Assembly: GCF_006345805.1 (NCBI RefSeq)
Contig: NC_042997.1
Location: 123,752,001-123,816,000 of the forward strand
Length of the DNA: 64,000 nucleotides
Reading direction: 5' to 3'
Source: Octopus sinensis
Lineage: Eukaryota
Of this stretch, positions 26,406-40,815 are shown in pieces. Each line of letters starts with the position of its first letter. The stretch's first letter is position 1. The position numbers and the translations under genes were made by a program. The notes under the pieces are model-generated. The model had not been told where the DNA came from. It saw nothing but the letters and a program-made list of their open reading frames with translations, and made no database searches.

Positions 26406-27388
26406 TAAATATGTATACAACCTTCAGCAAAGTAACAGTCATGTACACAACTTGGACGGACACATGCCAGTACACGGACATACGTTCACATACACATACA
26501 CATGTACACACTCTCACGGACACATCTGCCCATTCTCCTAGACACTCACATACATACGTAGCACATGAATACAAACATACATACATACCTACGTATGGGC
26601 ATACACACGTACATACGCACGTACATGTACACACACACATACATGGGCACATGCATACGAGCGCGTATACATACATACGCACATGCGTACGTATGTACAT
26701 ACATACATACATACATACATACATGCATACATACATAAATACATACACACATACATACATACATACGAACAATAGTAAAACATTAGTTCTGTGATATAGA
26801 GATAAAAATCTGATAATAGATTTTAGGGTATAGTTCTTGTGAGCAAGCGTCATAAATTCACTTTCCAGCCTCGGCCGTAGGGAGTTGAAATTTGATAGCG
26901 TTGTGATGAGTGGTCACTCTACATCCATCCATCGCTACAGTTTTATAACTTTATGTTTTATAGAGTGTATGTGCGTGCTTATACACAGACATACATATAT
27001 ATATACATACATACATACATACATACATACATACATACATACATACATACATACATACATACATACATACATGCATACACAGGCGTATGTGCGTGCATGC
27101 ATACGTACATACATACACACATGTATACATACATACACACATACATACGTACATATATATGACGAACTAACTGTTACTTTCTTAGATGCAGCACGGACTT
27201 TGTCAGTGAACAGGTCGCGGATTTTAGCAACGAAAATATTTTGACAAATTAAACTTAAATGTTGGAGTGAATCGAACGGCTTTTGTGTGTTTCTTAAATG
27301 GCTTATAAACACCTTCCACGCTGCAATTGTTTTCGTTTCAGCACACGGTCTCAGATCAAATTACTTGCTATGCGAGTACATCTCCGTA

Positions 27389-27426
<38 letters not shown>

Positions 27427-28841
27427 TGTTATATATATATGTTCATGCCCGTTTCCCTTTCTGTTCTTTATTTAATATGTACGTTTAGCGTTCCTCACAT
27501 GCTGTTCGTTATTTTTTCTTTAAGTGTCTTATGTTCTGAAAAAATTAGAGACTATTCCTTTGGATACAACTATCTTTTTCCTATTTCATTCATTTATATG
27601 TTTGTGAATTATTAATGTTCAATTTATATGTTTCATAAGTTCTGTTTTCTACGTTTAGTTGTTTTTTCAATGTTTTATATCTTTCAGCTTTACAATCTTC
27701 ATATTCCCTGTTATTTAGCTACGAATAACAGTCTTAATGTATTTCCTCTATCCTTTTGTATATTATATTTTATTTGTATGCTTGATAGCTGCAGTAATGT
27801 GACGTTTTATGTTGAGGGTTTCGTGATTATATGTTTACTTTGTTGCCATAAGCAGGTGTTGACTTAATGGATAAGTTTGGCCACGTTTTCTTCTCTACTA
27901 TTCCAAAGCAGCTGGATAAATTATAATGCAACAATGATGAATCATCCAGGTGATTTTTTTTTTCATACATAGAAATATGAGCAGTATATTTCTTACCATT
28001 CAGTTGAACTTTATTAATGCCTCCATAAATGTTAACTGTGCACATTTAACAATACTACACTCCAATACTTGGAGCTCCTCTCTTATCTTCCCATATTCTT
28101 TCACGCATTCCTTCCATCTCCACAGTTTCTCATTTTCATTTTCATTTTCTCTCTCTTACCACATATTGTTATTCTTTTTCTTTTGGTCTTTCTTCCTCGC
28201 CAAACTCACGTACTGTCATTATAATCCATATTATATCACTATATCCCTCCCTAATAATACAACCTCCAAATCCATTTGTACATTAATCCTGCAATGTAAA
28301 TAGACTTCTTAAATTTAGTGTCAATTCTTATTGTCTAACTTTACTTGTCATTCAACTTCATCTAAAAAGATTATAAGATTCTTTAAAATATCTTTGGACG
28401 TCTCTAGGGAGTTACTTAACATAAGAGCAACCCCCCCCCCCCAAAAAAAAAAACCCCAAGGACTAAAGGGCGAGATGGATTTGTTGATGAATTAAACTAA
28501 AAAGAATACAAACATAACTGCAATCACTCACTTCAACACTTGTAATCCAACACGAGTTGTGGATGAAATCAAAGCAACCAGCAACTAGAAGTCATACTTT
28601 CATCTTCCGAAAATATAGTAATCCTCTTGCTTCCTACTCCACATTTCATATTCAATTCTTTTTATTGCTATATTCATTTTTATTTTAAACATTCTTGGTT
28701 GTTTCGATTCATATTAAAAAGGTTTTTTTCCACCTCTTTAACATCCCTTAACTTCAAATATTACTTATTTACTTGACTCCTCTTTTCATCAAATTTTCCT
28801 ATGGTTACGTAATGTATTTTAATCTACTTGTCCATCTCTTT

Positions 28842-28881
<40 letters not shown>

Positions 28882-28931
28882 ACTATCTCTCTACCTACTT
28901 ATCTATTTCTCTCTCTCGTCCCTATTATATG

Positions 28932-28981
<50 letters not shown>

Positions 28982-28986
28982 TATAT

Positions 28987-29038
<52 letters not shown>

Positions 29039-29199
29039 CGTATATGTATGTATGCATATATATGTATATACATGTATATACATGTATAACTTTTGAATTT
29101 TCCCCAGTTATAAAACTTTAAGCAGCACATTAGCGAAGAAGCATATTTTATCGCAAAATATAAACCTCCTTTGAATACTATCACAACAGATGGAACTAC

Positions 29200-29810
29200 A
29201 ACAATAATTTAGAACAATTCCACCCACTACTGCAACGGCCACAACAGCTCACTTTTAGATCATATTTGACCATTAAAGAAGTTTCCACAAACAATCTAAT
29301 GTGTTGTCTTTACTTGTGTTGTCTTTACTTGCATAATGCTTCTTCATGTCCGTTTTGTACTTCTTCCTCTCATTTTTCTCTTTCCCTGCCTTCCTCATTC
29401 CTAACTGACACTAGGAAGGTTACCTTACTTTGGTCTAGGTATCTCATTGGGCTCTCGAGTTCGATACGCACGCAATCTTCCATACTTCTCAGTTCTCTTA
29501 CACCATTTGCTATTTTCGTGTGTAGGTGAACAGTCTATGCACCTAGATGATTGGCTTCATGCATCATTATGAGCTTTCTTTAGTTCCTGCCCAACTACTT
29601 GAGCTCCTCCTTTATCCACGTCAGGATTTTACTGCCATACCGAACAACTGCGACTGCGCAAGAGTTAATTGCCGCAATTATTATTCCGGCTTTCATCTTT
29701 GAAGCCAATATTTTTTCTCATTCATTGTAGCTACTCAGCCATTGTCTTTTCTTTCATATCTTTGTGTTTAATTCCATCTGCCTCATGTATTCCTAGGTAT
29801 TTATAACTGG
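29200..29810 (-). mobile_element. Older degraded R4/Dong RT C-terminal fragment adjoining the tail of the 29831-33185 element
   Basis: Minus strand reads YKYLGIHEADGIKHKDMKEK..AINSCAVAVVRYG..LTW..EEL with stops; left boundary approximate. Confidence 0.7.
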
Positions 29811-29830
29811 ATTATTATTACTATTATTAT

Positions 29831-32800
29831 TCAGTAGTTTTATTTTTATAGCGTGCTTTCACTTCACTACCGAGCGCAGCTCTGTGTGCCTTGGGTATGT
29901 GCTGTGATTTGTTGTGATGCTCTGATGGTTATTGTATGGAAAGTGTTCTGCGTAGGATGTGTGCAGTGCCTAGTAGTGCAATTTTCTGTATGTTATATGT
30001 GTTTGTAAGTCCTGGTGTCTTTGTTATGTATTTGTCTGAATATTTTTTTATCATGCCTAATGCACCTACTATGATAGGAATTGTTTCTGTTTTCAGGTTC
30101 CACATTCTAGTTACCTCTATTTCCAGGTCTTTGTATTTTGAGAGTTTCTCCATTTCTTTTAGAGACACGTTGTCATCTGCCGGTATTGATACATCAATTA
30201 GAAAGCATTTTTTTTCTTCATGATCTCTGACAACTATATCTGGTCTGTTGGCCTTAATTTCTCTATCTGTGTGTATCGACATATCCCAGAGTATGGTTGC
30301 TTTCTCGTTTTCTGTGACCTTTTCTGGTGTGTGCCTATACCATCTTTTTTCTGTTGTTATTCCATAATGTTGGCATAGCTTCCAATGTATGTAGGTTCCA
30401 ACTCTGTCATGTCTGTGAATATATTCCTTCTTAGCCAGGACTGGGCAGCTAGAGATAATATGATTTATTGTTTCTTGTCCATCTCCACATATTCTGCAGT
30501 TATTTGTAATATTTCTTTTCATTACATGTCTTTCGTAATTTCTGGTGGGGAGGCTTTGGTCTTGTGCTGCAATTAAAAATCCCTCTGTTTCTGCTTTGAG
30601 TCCTGAGCTTCTCAACCATTGCTGGGATTTTTCTTTGTCTATTTCTTTTGTGTTTAGTTTAGTGCAGTATTTACCATGAAGGGGCTTTTCTTGCCATCGT
30701 TTTATAATGGCTCGTTGCTGTTCTATTTTTAGTTTGGATTTCATTTATTATATAGCTTTTGTTGTTTCTTCATCATCTTCTTCTTCTTCTTTGTGTTTAT
30801 TAGGTGGTATGATTTCTTGTTTGTATTTGTCAGCTTCCTTAAATACTGAGAACTGTTTCTTGTTTTGTTCGTGGTTTGCTGCTATCTGGATCAGTTTTCC
30901 TTCCTTCTGAAGTAGGTATTTTTGCAGTCCTATGGTGGTTATTTCATAGTAGTTTTCCAGCTGTATAAGGCCTCTACCACCTTCTATACCTTGTATATAT
31001 AGTCTTTCTATGTCAGATTTTGGGTGATGCATCCTAGATCCTGTCAGTATTTTTCTTGTTTTCCTATCTATTTTGGTCAGTTCATTTCGTGTCCAGTTAA
31101 GGATATTGTAGCTGTAACTTATAACTGGGACAGCTAAAGTGTTGATACCTATTATCTTGTTTTTAGCATTGAGCTCTGTTTTTAGTATTGATCTAACTCG
31201 TCTATAATATTCTTTTTTTATTTTCTCTTTCATTTGTGTGTGTTGTGTCTTATCTAGTTCATGGATTCCTAAGTATTTGTAAGTTTGGCTTTGGTCTAAT
31301 TCTTTTATTTCATTGGTTTTATCTAGTGTGATGTTGTTACTCTTAACTAGTTTTCCTCTTTTCATGGTTACTTTGGCGCATTTTTCTAATCCAAATTTCA
31401 TATCTATTTCTTTGGTAAATCCATGAACTGTCTTTAATAGTGTTTCCAGCTGTTTGTCGTTTGCAGCGTATAGTTTTAGGTCATCCATATATAAAAGGTG
31501 GCTGATCGTTTTGCCGTAACATTTATATCCGCATCCAGTTCTATTTAGCATATCAGATAGAGCTGACAGTGCCAAGCAGAAAAGGAGTGGAGAGAGCGTG
31601 TCTCCCTGGAATATTCCTCTTCTAATGGGGATGTCTTTGGTTTTCATGAGTCCCTCTTTTGTTTGGAGGTGTAGGACTGTTTGCCATTTATTCATAGAGT
31701 GCTCTATGAATTTTATGATTGTTGGTGCTACTTTGTTAATGGCTAGTGTTTCGAGGATCCATGTGTGGGGGATGCTATCAAACGCCTTTTTGTAGTCGAT
31801 CCAGGCCATACTGAGGCCTTTCTTCTTTCTGTGGCTGTCTTCAGTTACGGCTTTATTAATCGTTAGTTGATCTTTACAGATCTTCAGCTTTTCTTTTATC
31901 TCCGGCAAATCTTTTTCTGTGATGTTATATTTGCGGTGCATTTTTGTTCTCTTTTTGTTGCTCAGTAGCGTTGCTTGTTTGCTGATTTCATTAAGAATCG
32001 ACAGGTCTTTTCTAAATTTTTTAATTTTGTTTTGGATGTTATTTATCCACAGGGTTTGTTTGGGTGGTGGTACTCCTGTTTGGGCGGGTTTGGGTGAGTA
32101 TCCAGCTTCTTTTGTGGCTGCAGTGGCTGCTGCGTATATCAAGTCATTTAGTTCAGTGATATCACTTTTTTTTTTGTTTCAGTGGCTAGTTCAGTGACGG
32201 CTAGGTTTATGTTGTTTATAATTGGTGTTTTTATTGCGTTTATTTTTATTCTTGGGAGGTATGGTCGGTGGTCCATTTTGAGCTTTGTGGTTTTTAGTTC
32301 TTTGATTATTTTATTTTTTATATTATCATAATCATTAGGCTCCCCTTCGTTGTTTACATCGTGTTTGTTGGGAATGTTGCGTTTGTCTTCGTGTTTTACA
32401 GTTTCAGTGTTTATATTATTGGGCATTGTTGTGTGGCTTCTATCTACATTTTCCTGGTGTATTTTTTCTTTTAAATGTTCTATTTCTATTTCTGATATTT
32501 TTTTGGCTTTGAGAATGTATCTTCGTACGTTAGCTAATTTATTAGGGTTCATTGCTGTATCCAAGTCTATATCTCTATTATTTTCCTTCCATATTTTATA
32601 TGTATGTGTTGTTGTATTTTCATTTAGTGGGTAGAGCATTGCTGTGAAGTATGCGTGTAAGATAGAAATGTATTCCTCACGTGTCCATTTACGTCTTTTG
32701 GGTTTTAATTGCGGGACATGAGGTACAACGTCCGGCCCATTATTTTGACGGTCGTCATTTTCGTAGGGTACCGGTCCGTTTATTTCTGTTGTCACATTAT

Positions 32801-33185
32801 TTCGCACGTGTAGTTTTTCGTACATTTTTTGTTGTAGGTTTAATGTACGTACCGCTCGATTGTTATTCTTGGGTTGAATAGTATCGGTGGCATTTAATTT
32901 CTTCGTAGTTCCTTTGTACATGGTGTTTGAGGTCGGGGATGATCGTGTTGTTCCACGCATGTTTACATGTGTTGTGTTAGAGGTGGAGATAATATCGAGT
33001 CAAAATACATCATTTCGTTTCGAAAATAGTAATAAATTTCAATTCGTATTACTTACTCGAATATAGTCCAATTCTTTGTTAGTAAATTTTTGGCTCCATA
33101 GGGTGTCCTTGTTTTCGATGTTTGTGGATAGATTTCGGAGCTCTGTATTTTCCTTCTTACATCTTAAACGTCCCCGGTGTCTTCC
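29831..33185 (-). mobile_element. R4/Dong-clade non-LTR retrotransposon, both ends present, internally deleted and inactivated
   Basis: Three consecutive minus ORFs give the N-terminal RRKWT domain (32148-32960), RT (AWIDYKKAFDS, IFQGDTLSP, LLYMDDLKL; 30748-32142) and CCHC finger plus restriction-like endonuclease (CRICG..ETINHIISSC, RHDRV, RPDIVV..LIDVSIP..EKLSKY; 29929-30744). The 5' end abuts (TTA)n at 33186 and the 3' end has a (TAA)n tail at 29812-29830. Confidence 0.95.
29929..32960 (-). pseudogene. Disrupted single R4/Dong ORF (RT + CCHC + RLE)
   Basis: Frameshift in a T-run near 32165-32175. Two in-frame stops at ~30745-30750: TAA TAA where the related copy near 34440 reads AAA CAA (AIKQMKS). 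The first RT subdomains are missing at the KIC/KDQL junction (~31875). Confidence 0.9.
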
Positions 33186-33317
<132 letters not shown>

Positions 33318-33508
33318 TCTCTTTATCACAGGTTTTGTTAGAGCTCCTGCAAGCTTACTTGTGTAGTGAACTTGCTATCTGTAGCCTACAGTACCATGCT
33401 ATCCATTTTTTCATCTATCTAATACTTTGCATCGATTCTTTCCAGCTATCATCATCATCCTCATCCTCCTCCTCATCATCATCGTCACCATCATCATCGT
33501 CGTCATCA

Positions 33509-33857
33509 TTATTACTTCCGCCTTAGTGACGGCAGAGGTATCATTTTCAGTCGTGTTTGTCCGTGTACAAGATATCTGAAGAACAGCTGGATAGATTCGG
33601 ATGAAACTTTCATGGGTGTTTGGCCTCGTGACTGGCACGAACTGATTAGATTTTGTGATCGATACGGCATCGGACGAGGATCTAGATAGTTTTTCCGGTT
33701 TTTTTATTAAATTTTGAGATTTGTCGGGTTCATTTTTAGTATTCCCGTTTGTGCGAGCAATCGAGTTTATTTCCGATATTCTCGTTTTAGCAATCATATC
33801 TGGCTAATAGTTCAAATGACGTTGGTGTTGCATTGACAGATGTTTTGTGATCTTGTT
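33509..33857 (+). mobile_element. Possible non-autonomous Helentron-type (HINE-like) element
   Basis: TTATTAC-TTCCGCC..GGCAGAG 5' hairpin, GTTTGTC core, CTTGTT end; homologous to 19240-19609. Family assignment is inference. Confidence 0.45.
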
Positions 33858-33874
33858 ATTACTATTATTATTAT

Positions 33875-34455
33875 TCAGTAGTTTTATTTTTATAGCGTGC
33901 TTTCACTTCACTACCGAGCGCAGCTCTGTGTGACTTGGATATGTGCTGTGATTTGTTGTGATGCTCTGATGGTTACTGTATTGAAAGTGTTTTGCATAGG
34001 ATATGTGCAGTGCCCAGTAGTGCAATTTTCTGTATGTTGTATATATTTGTAAATCTGGTGTTTTTGCTATGTATTTGTCTGAATATTAGGTCCCAACTCT
34101 GTCGTGTCTGTGAATATATTCTTTCTTAGCCAGGACTGGGCAGCCAGAGATATGATTTATTGTTTCTTTTCCATCTCCACATATTTTGAAGTTACTTGTT
34201 ATGTTTCTTTTCATTATGTTTTTGGTAATTACCAGTGGTGAGACTTTGGCCTCGTGCTGCAATTAAAAACCCCCCTCTGTCTCTGCTTTGAGTCTTGAAC
34301 TTCTCTACTATTGCTGGGATTTTTCTCTGTCTATTTGTTTTGCATTTAGTTTAGCCCAGTTTTTGACATGAAGGGGCTTTTCTTGCCATCGTTTTATCAT
34401 GGACCGTTGCTGTTGAAGTTTTAGTCTCGGATTTCATTTGTTTTATAGCTTGTGT
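33875..34455 (-). mobile_element. Internally deleted R4/Dong 3' fragment related to the 29831-33185 element
   Basis: The 3' UTR from 33875 closely matches the one starting at 29831. AIKQMKSE and LRSSRLKAE motifs present. (TAA)n on both sides. Confidence 0.85.
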
Positions 34456-34484
34456 TGTTGTTGTTATTGTTATTATTATTATTA

Positions 34485-34549
<65 letters not shown>

Positions 34550-35065
34550 ACCACATGATCCAAAATCACATAAAATTTCATATTTGAAATACGTATCTAG
34601 CTTTAGTAGAGCTTTTTTTTTTACAGTTATTGGTAATTTATATCATTGCAATTTATTGATTTCATGCGATTAATCCTGGACGTTAGTAAATAGAATCAAT
34701 ACATTTCTTGAAAATTACCTTTACACAGACGTATAATTACATAATTTTGTACGAACTGTATTGACTATATTCACAATTATGAAAGGTAATAAAGAAATAA
34801 ATACAAAGAATCGATTCTCCGTAGACAGATTTACAACTACGATAGGAACGTTTTTTTCACGATAAAAAAAGCTTTCCATATGAAAAATTAATTATATTTG
34901 AAATGTCTAAAATATAAATTATAAGCTAAATTAATTACCATATAATACGATTAAGTGATTTATAGAAAAATTCGATATTATTTCGAAATTTAAGCGAAGA
35001 GGATGTTGTAATATATATATATACATATACAGACACCCATATATATAAATATATATGTATATATA

Positions 35066-35120
<55 letters not shown>

Positions 35121-35399
35121 TCTATATATGATTGTTTTATAAATCTGGAATAATTAAATCACTGAAAATTGTAGCAAAATAATCCTTTCTGCTTTACGCA
35201 CAGGGCCTGAACAATTCAGATGGAATGGGCCTAGTTGATTTATCGCCCACTGTGCTTGACGGTATTTGAACTTTCAATACAAAGCTTTGTCGGGCGTACT
35301 ATATCATGTTCTAAGCTTGCTATCTTAAAAATAATAACTACACATAGACACAAAACAGCATCAAAACAAAAATACTGCTTTTTGTTTTTAAGTAAGCCG

Positions 35400-36460
35400 A
35401 CAAATGCAAACAAGACGGCACCGCAGCTAACAACTATGAAAATAAAGAAGTAACAAAAGCTGTAAAAGAACTGAAAGGTAAACGAAAACTGGAACAGCAG
35501 CACATGATGAAACGGTAGCAAGAAAAGCCGCCACATGGGAAATTGTGTGCAAGCTAAACAGAAAAGCAATTCAAAAAGCAAAACCTCAACAATGGCTGAG
35601 AAGGTCAGGACTCAAAGCAGATACTGAAAGATTTTTATGTGCAGCACAGGATCAAAGTCTTCCCACCAGAAATCACCAAAATAATGTAATGAAAATAGAT
35701 ACAATTGCAGAATATGTGGTGATGGAAAAGACACAATAAATTTGTCTCTAGCTACCCATTTCTGACTGCGAAGGAATATATTCACAAACACGATAGATTT
35801 GGGATGTATATACACTGGAAAATATGCCAACATTATGGAATAACAAAAGACAAATGATGGTATAGGCCACAGAAAATGAGAAAGCAACCATAATCTGTGA
35901 TTGCTAGTACATACAGATAGAGAGATTAAGACCAATTGGCCGGATATAGATGTCAGAGCTCACCAGAAAAAATTGCTTTCTAATAATAATCGATGTATCA
36001 ATAACAATAGATGACAACGTTTCTCTAAAAGAAACGGAGAAACATTGAAAATACAAACTTCTGAAAATAGAGATAGCTCCAATGTGGAGACTAAGTACAG
36101 AAACAATTCTTATTATAGTAAGTGCCTTATGTATGATAAAAATACTTTCAAATAAATACATAGCAGAAACAGTAGCATATATAATATACAGAAAATAGGA
36201 CTACTAGGTACCGCATACATCCTACGTAAAACACATTGAATAGTGAAAATAAGAGCACCACAACAAACCAGAGGACACACCCAAGGCACACAAAGCTACG
36301 CTTGATAGTGCAGTAATAACACTACTAGGCACTTCACACATCTTACGCAAAACACTTTGAATATAGTAAAAATGAGCGCACCGCAACAACAGACCACAGA
36401 ATATTCTCAAAGCTGCGCTCGGTAGTGCAGTTAAAGCACGTGGTAAAAATAAGATATCTG
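35400..36460 (+). mobile_element. Degraded R4/Dong 3' fragment with duplicated 3' end
   Basis: QQWLRRSGLKADTERFLCAAQDQSLPTRN, RLDRLGCYIHWK-like segment, LLGTAYILRK; followed by (AAT)n. Confidence 0.8.
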
Positions 36461-36511
36461 TATAATGATAATTTTAATAAAATAATAATGATAATAATAA
36501 TAATAATGTTG

Positions 36512-36641
<130 letters not shown>

Positions 36642-36924
36642 TAATAATAATCTTAACTGATTGGAAGTGTTATCACGTACATTGTTTTGTCTTGGTATCA
36701 AAGATGGGCTACAGCAAATATTCTGCTCAATACCACAGATTTGCTTGTCAGTTGTTTGACCTTAACCAGTTGAGCATGTCCGAAAGTGGCATATTCCTTC
36801 TGATCGCGAGCAGAAGTAGTGGGGGAGCATCATAGTCATGTGTTGAGAGGGATTCTTTCAGGTTTGAACAATTCATATCTGGAAACATGGGTGTTTCGTT
36901 CAACATCTTTAAACAAACCGAATG

Positions 36925-37500
36925 CCCGAAACTGGCAGAGCGCGAACACCCAAGGTGCCATGATAATGTGGCAAGAGTGATCCATTGGAAGCTCTATCGA
37001 TATCACGGTCTACAAAGAGCAAAGATGTGGTATGGGTAAACTCCTGAAAGAGTCACCGAAAATGAGAATTGTAAAATCCTGTGGGATGCAATGATCCAGG
37101 GCGATCACCTGAACAAACAACGGAAACCTGACATTGTTGTGGTGAATAAAAAAAAGCAAGAACATGTATCGTAATCTACATAGCATGCCCCGGTGACAAC
37201 AAGATCAATGAGAACGAAGAAAAAATAAACAACTATGACGATTTAAAGTGGGAAATACAAATGTTGGGGAAAATGAAGAGAGTAGATGTAATTGGTTCAC
37301 TCGGAGGCACTCAACTACCAACATGGCTGAAAAAGAACGGTGCAAATGTAAAGGTAGAACACCTAGAAAAATCACCATTGCATGGCACTGCAAGGATTAT
37401 TCGCAGGGTTCTTGAAGCATGACCAGTAAATATGTATCACCTTAGACCGCTGGCTGTGGACAGCTGACACTTTCCATCATACCCAGCAAAATATGCTGTG
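36925..37500 (+). mobile_element. R4/Dong RLE fragment
   Basis: HDNVARVIHWKL, KILWDAMIQ, RKPDIVVV, IACPGDNKI, HGTARIIRRVLEA. Confidence 0.8.
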
Positions 37501-37558
37501 AGTTTTCATAAACTACCGCTGCTACTACAGTTACTACTTCTACTACTACTACTACTAC

Positions 37559-37606
<48 letters not shown>

Positions 37607-37694
37607 TAATGATGATGACGATGATGATAATGATGATGACGACGACGACGATGATGATGATGATTATGATGATGATAAAGATCAGCTACTCATC

Positions 37695-38995
37695 AATAAT
37701 ATGATTTTGGAAGATTGTCACAAACGACAGAAAAACTTATCGATAGCCTGGATAGACTATAAAAAAGCTTTTGAAAATTACTACATAGATGGATTAAGAA
37801 ATGTCTGGAACTGTATGAAATAGCACCTATTCTGCGAAACCCCTTGTCTATAAGTATGGGATCATTGAGAACCACACTAACTTTGAACAGTGACAATGAA
37901 TCTCTTAATGCTGGAAATGTAAGAATTTCATGTGGCATTTTCCTGGGTGACTCTCTATCACCACTCCTCTTTTGTCTAGCCTTAATACCTCGGTCAAAAT
38001 TGCTCGATATTGTACAATACGACTATAAAATGTTTGATAAAAATATAAATCACCACATTTACATGGATGATTTAAAGCTCTTTGCAAAAAATTACCAACA
38101 ATTGTTAAGTAATTCAGTAATGACAACAGGATGAAATTTGACCTCTATAAGTGTTCAGGAGCTACCTTTATCAAAGGGAAAATGGCAGAAACATCCTATT
38201 TTAATCTTGAACGGCAGAATGTCATAAAGGAGTTAGAACCAGCGGAGAACTACAAATACCTAGGGGTATTTGAAGGGGACGGAATCAAATATTCAATTAT
38301 GAGGGAAAGGATTAGACGAGAATTTTATCACAGGGTAAGGGCAATAGTCAAGACAGAGTTGAATGCAAAAAACAGGATGAAGGCGATCAATATTTTAGCC
38401 ATACCAGTCGTGACTTATAGTTTCAATATCATTAACTGGTTAATTTCTGAAATATATAATCTTGACAGAAGAAATACGAAACTTGTTGACAATGAACAGA
38501 ATGCACCACACTAAGGCAGATATAGAACGACTTTATCTGCAAAGAAAAGAGGGAGACCGTGGATTTACTACTGGAATTAACAATGAAGATTGCCACAATT
38601 GGCCTTGACACATACTTGAAAACATTCTGATGACTGGAAGTTAAAACTTGTCTCAAAACGTGAAAACAAGAAAGCACCATACTCAGTAAAAGAACAAGCA
38701 AAGGAATATCTAACTGAATTCCAAATACAAATTCTGGAATTAGACGTACTAGAAACAAGCACAGAAAAAGCTAAGCGTATGAAAACCCGTGCTAAAACTG
38801 CTGCCTTAGCTATTCTTACATATAAATGGCAAGAAGAACCCTTCAATAGCAAATACCCAAAACTAGCTAATGGTGCCGATATTGACAAAGCCCTTACTCA
38901 TCAATGGTTAGTGTCTTCTGGCTTAAAATCAGAAATAGAAGAGCTTATCATAGCAGCCCAAGATCAATTCCTACCTACAAGAAACTACCAGTAAC
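37695..38995 (+). mobile_element. R4/Dong RT-domain fragment, degraded
   Basis: AWIDYKKAF, GIFLGDSLSPLLFCLAL, IYMDDLKLFAK, YKYLGVFE, TELNAKNRMKAIN, GLKSEIEELIIAAQDQ; starts after an (AAT)n/(GAT)n tract. Confidence 0.88.
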
Positions 38996-39209
38996 TGGGA
39001 GTAACTGGGAGTGGTGGACCGAGCTATTCTTTGTATCATTCTGTAAAGCACATCGTTACAGTTACTCCAGTACACTTACCCCATATTTAGTATCAGACGA
39101 GCCTTCATGCAGCCAACACTCTCAACAGAGTATACGTCACCATATATATAAACAGACGGAGAGAGAGAGAGAGAGATAAGTAGATAGATAGACAAATAGA
39201 TAGATAGAG

Positions 39210-39367
<158 letters not shown>

Positions 39368-40004
39368 TATTTGTTTTCATATTAGCATAAAAAAAACTTT
39401 GCATTTAAATTATACAATACTTTATAATTTTTGATATATAAATTTAAAAATTTATATTTTTTTAACGACAACAGTATTTCCAGTGACATAACTTTTTCGT
39501 CCAACTGTGGCAGATTTTCGTTTATTTTGGATTTATATAGTCTCTTCTTAGTTGAAATTTTCTAAGTTATGCTGAGTCCTGCCGAACGATAATTGGATTG
39601 CGTAGTAGGCTGTGATGACAAGTTCTTGTGGGAATTTTTATTCATTAAGTTTGAGGTTGTGTTACTATTTAAAATTTATACACGCATGTGAAACTTTGTA
39701 ATTAGATGTGTGTACTTAGGGGTGTCATCTTCAGGTGAAAGTGGTTCACGAAAAATGTAGTTAGGTTACATGTAAACATAAAATAGCTCAACGAATACCT
39801 TCCCCCATTTGCGCCTTCACTATAAACTACTTTGATATTGTACATAACCATTGATAATACAGATTTACACTAAACACATCCTGCAGAATTGATTTCCCGA
39901 ATTCCTCAATAAAATTTTCCCACAAATATTTCTAAGTGCATGCACGTTATAAACACGCGCATATGTATACAAGAATGATAGAGGAATAACAACTTGACAA
40001 TGAA

Positions 40005-40232
40005 TTACTCTCTTTACTCTTTTTACTCATTTACTTGTTTCAGTCATTTGACTGCGGCCATGCTGGAGCACCGCCTTTAGTCGAGCAAATCGACCCCGGG
40101 ACTTATTCTTTGTAAGCCCAGTACTTATTCTATCGGTTTCTTTTGCCGAACCGCTAAGTGACGGGGACGTAAACACACCAGCATCGGTTGTCAAGCAATG
40201 CTAGGGGGACAAACACAGACACACAAACATAT

Positions 40233-40275
<43 letters not shown>

Positions 40276-40435
40276 TACGACAGGCTTCTTTCAGTTTCCG
40301 TCTACGAAATCCACTCACAAGGCATTGGTCGGCCCGGGGCTATAGCAGAAGACACTTGCCCAAGATGCCACGCAGTGGGACTGAACCCGGAACCATGTGG
40401 TTGGTTAGCAAGCTACTTACCACACAGCCACTCCT
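40005..40435 (-). mobile_element. tRNA-derived SINE (head, internal microsatellite, 3' tail ending in GAGTAAAA-type repeats)
   Basis: A-box-like TGGCTGTGTGG and B-box-like GGTTCAGTCC on the minus strand; homologous copies at 40558, 47731 and 63737. Confidence 0.88.
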
Positions 40436-40557
40436 TTCTTTTTATTTTTCCTTTTTGCATATTTTATAAGTCCAAATAATATATTAGAAAATAACCGAGT
40501 TTGAATCCCATTGAAAAGACTTATGTAATATAATCTACAGTTTTCACCTACATACAC

Positions 40558-40781
40558 TTTTACTCTTTTACTTGTTTCAGTCATTTGATTGTAGCCATGC
40601 TGTAACATCACCTTTAGTCGAGCAAATAGACCCCAGGACTTATTCTTTGTAAGCCTTGTACTTATTCTATCGGTCTCTTTTTCCTAACCGTTAAGTTACG
40701 AGGAAGTAAACATACCAGCATCGGTTGTCAAGCGATGTTGGTAGGACAAACACAGACACACACACACACACACACACACAC

Positions 40782-40815
<34 letters not shown>

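Larger units (their letters stand above)
25043..27328. repeat. Inverted duplication: arms 25043-25950 and 26403-27328, 452-bp spacer
   Basis: Mirror-image ORFs in the track (for example MTLAHKNY at 25500+ and 26853-); a few substitutions and small indels between arms. Confidence 0.95.
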
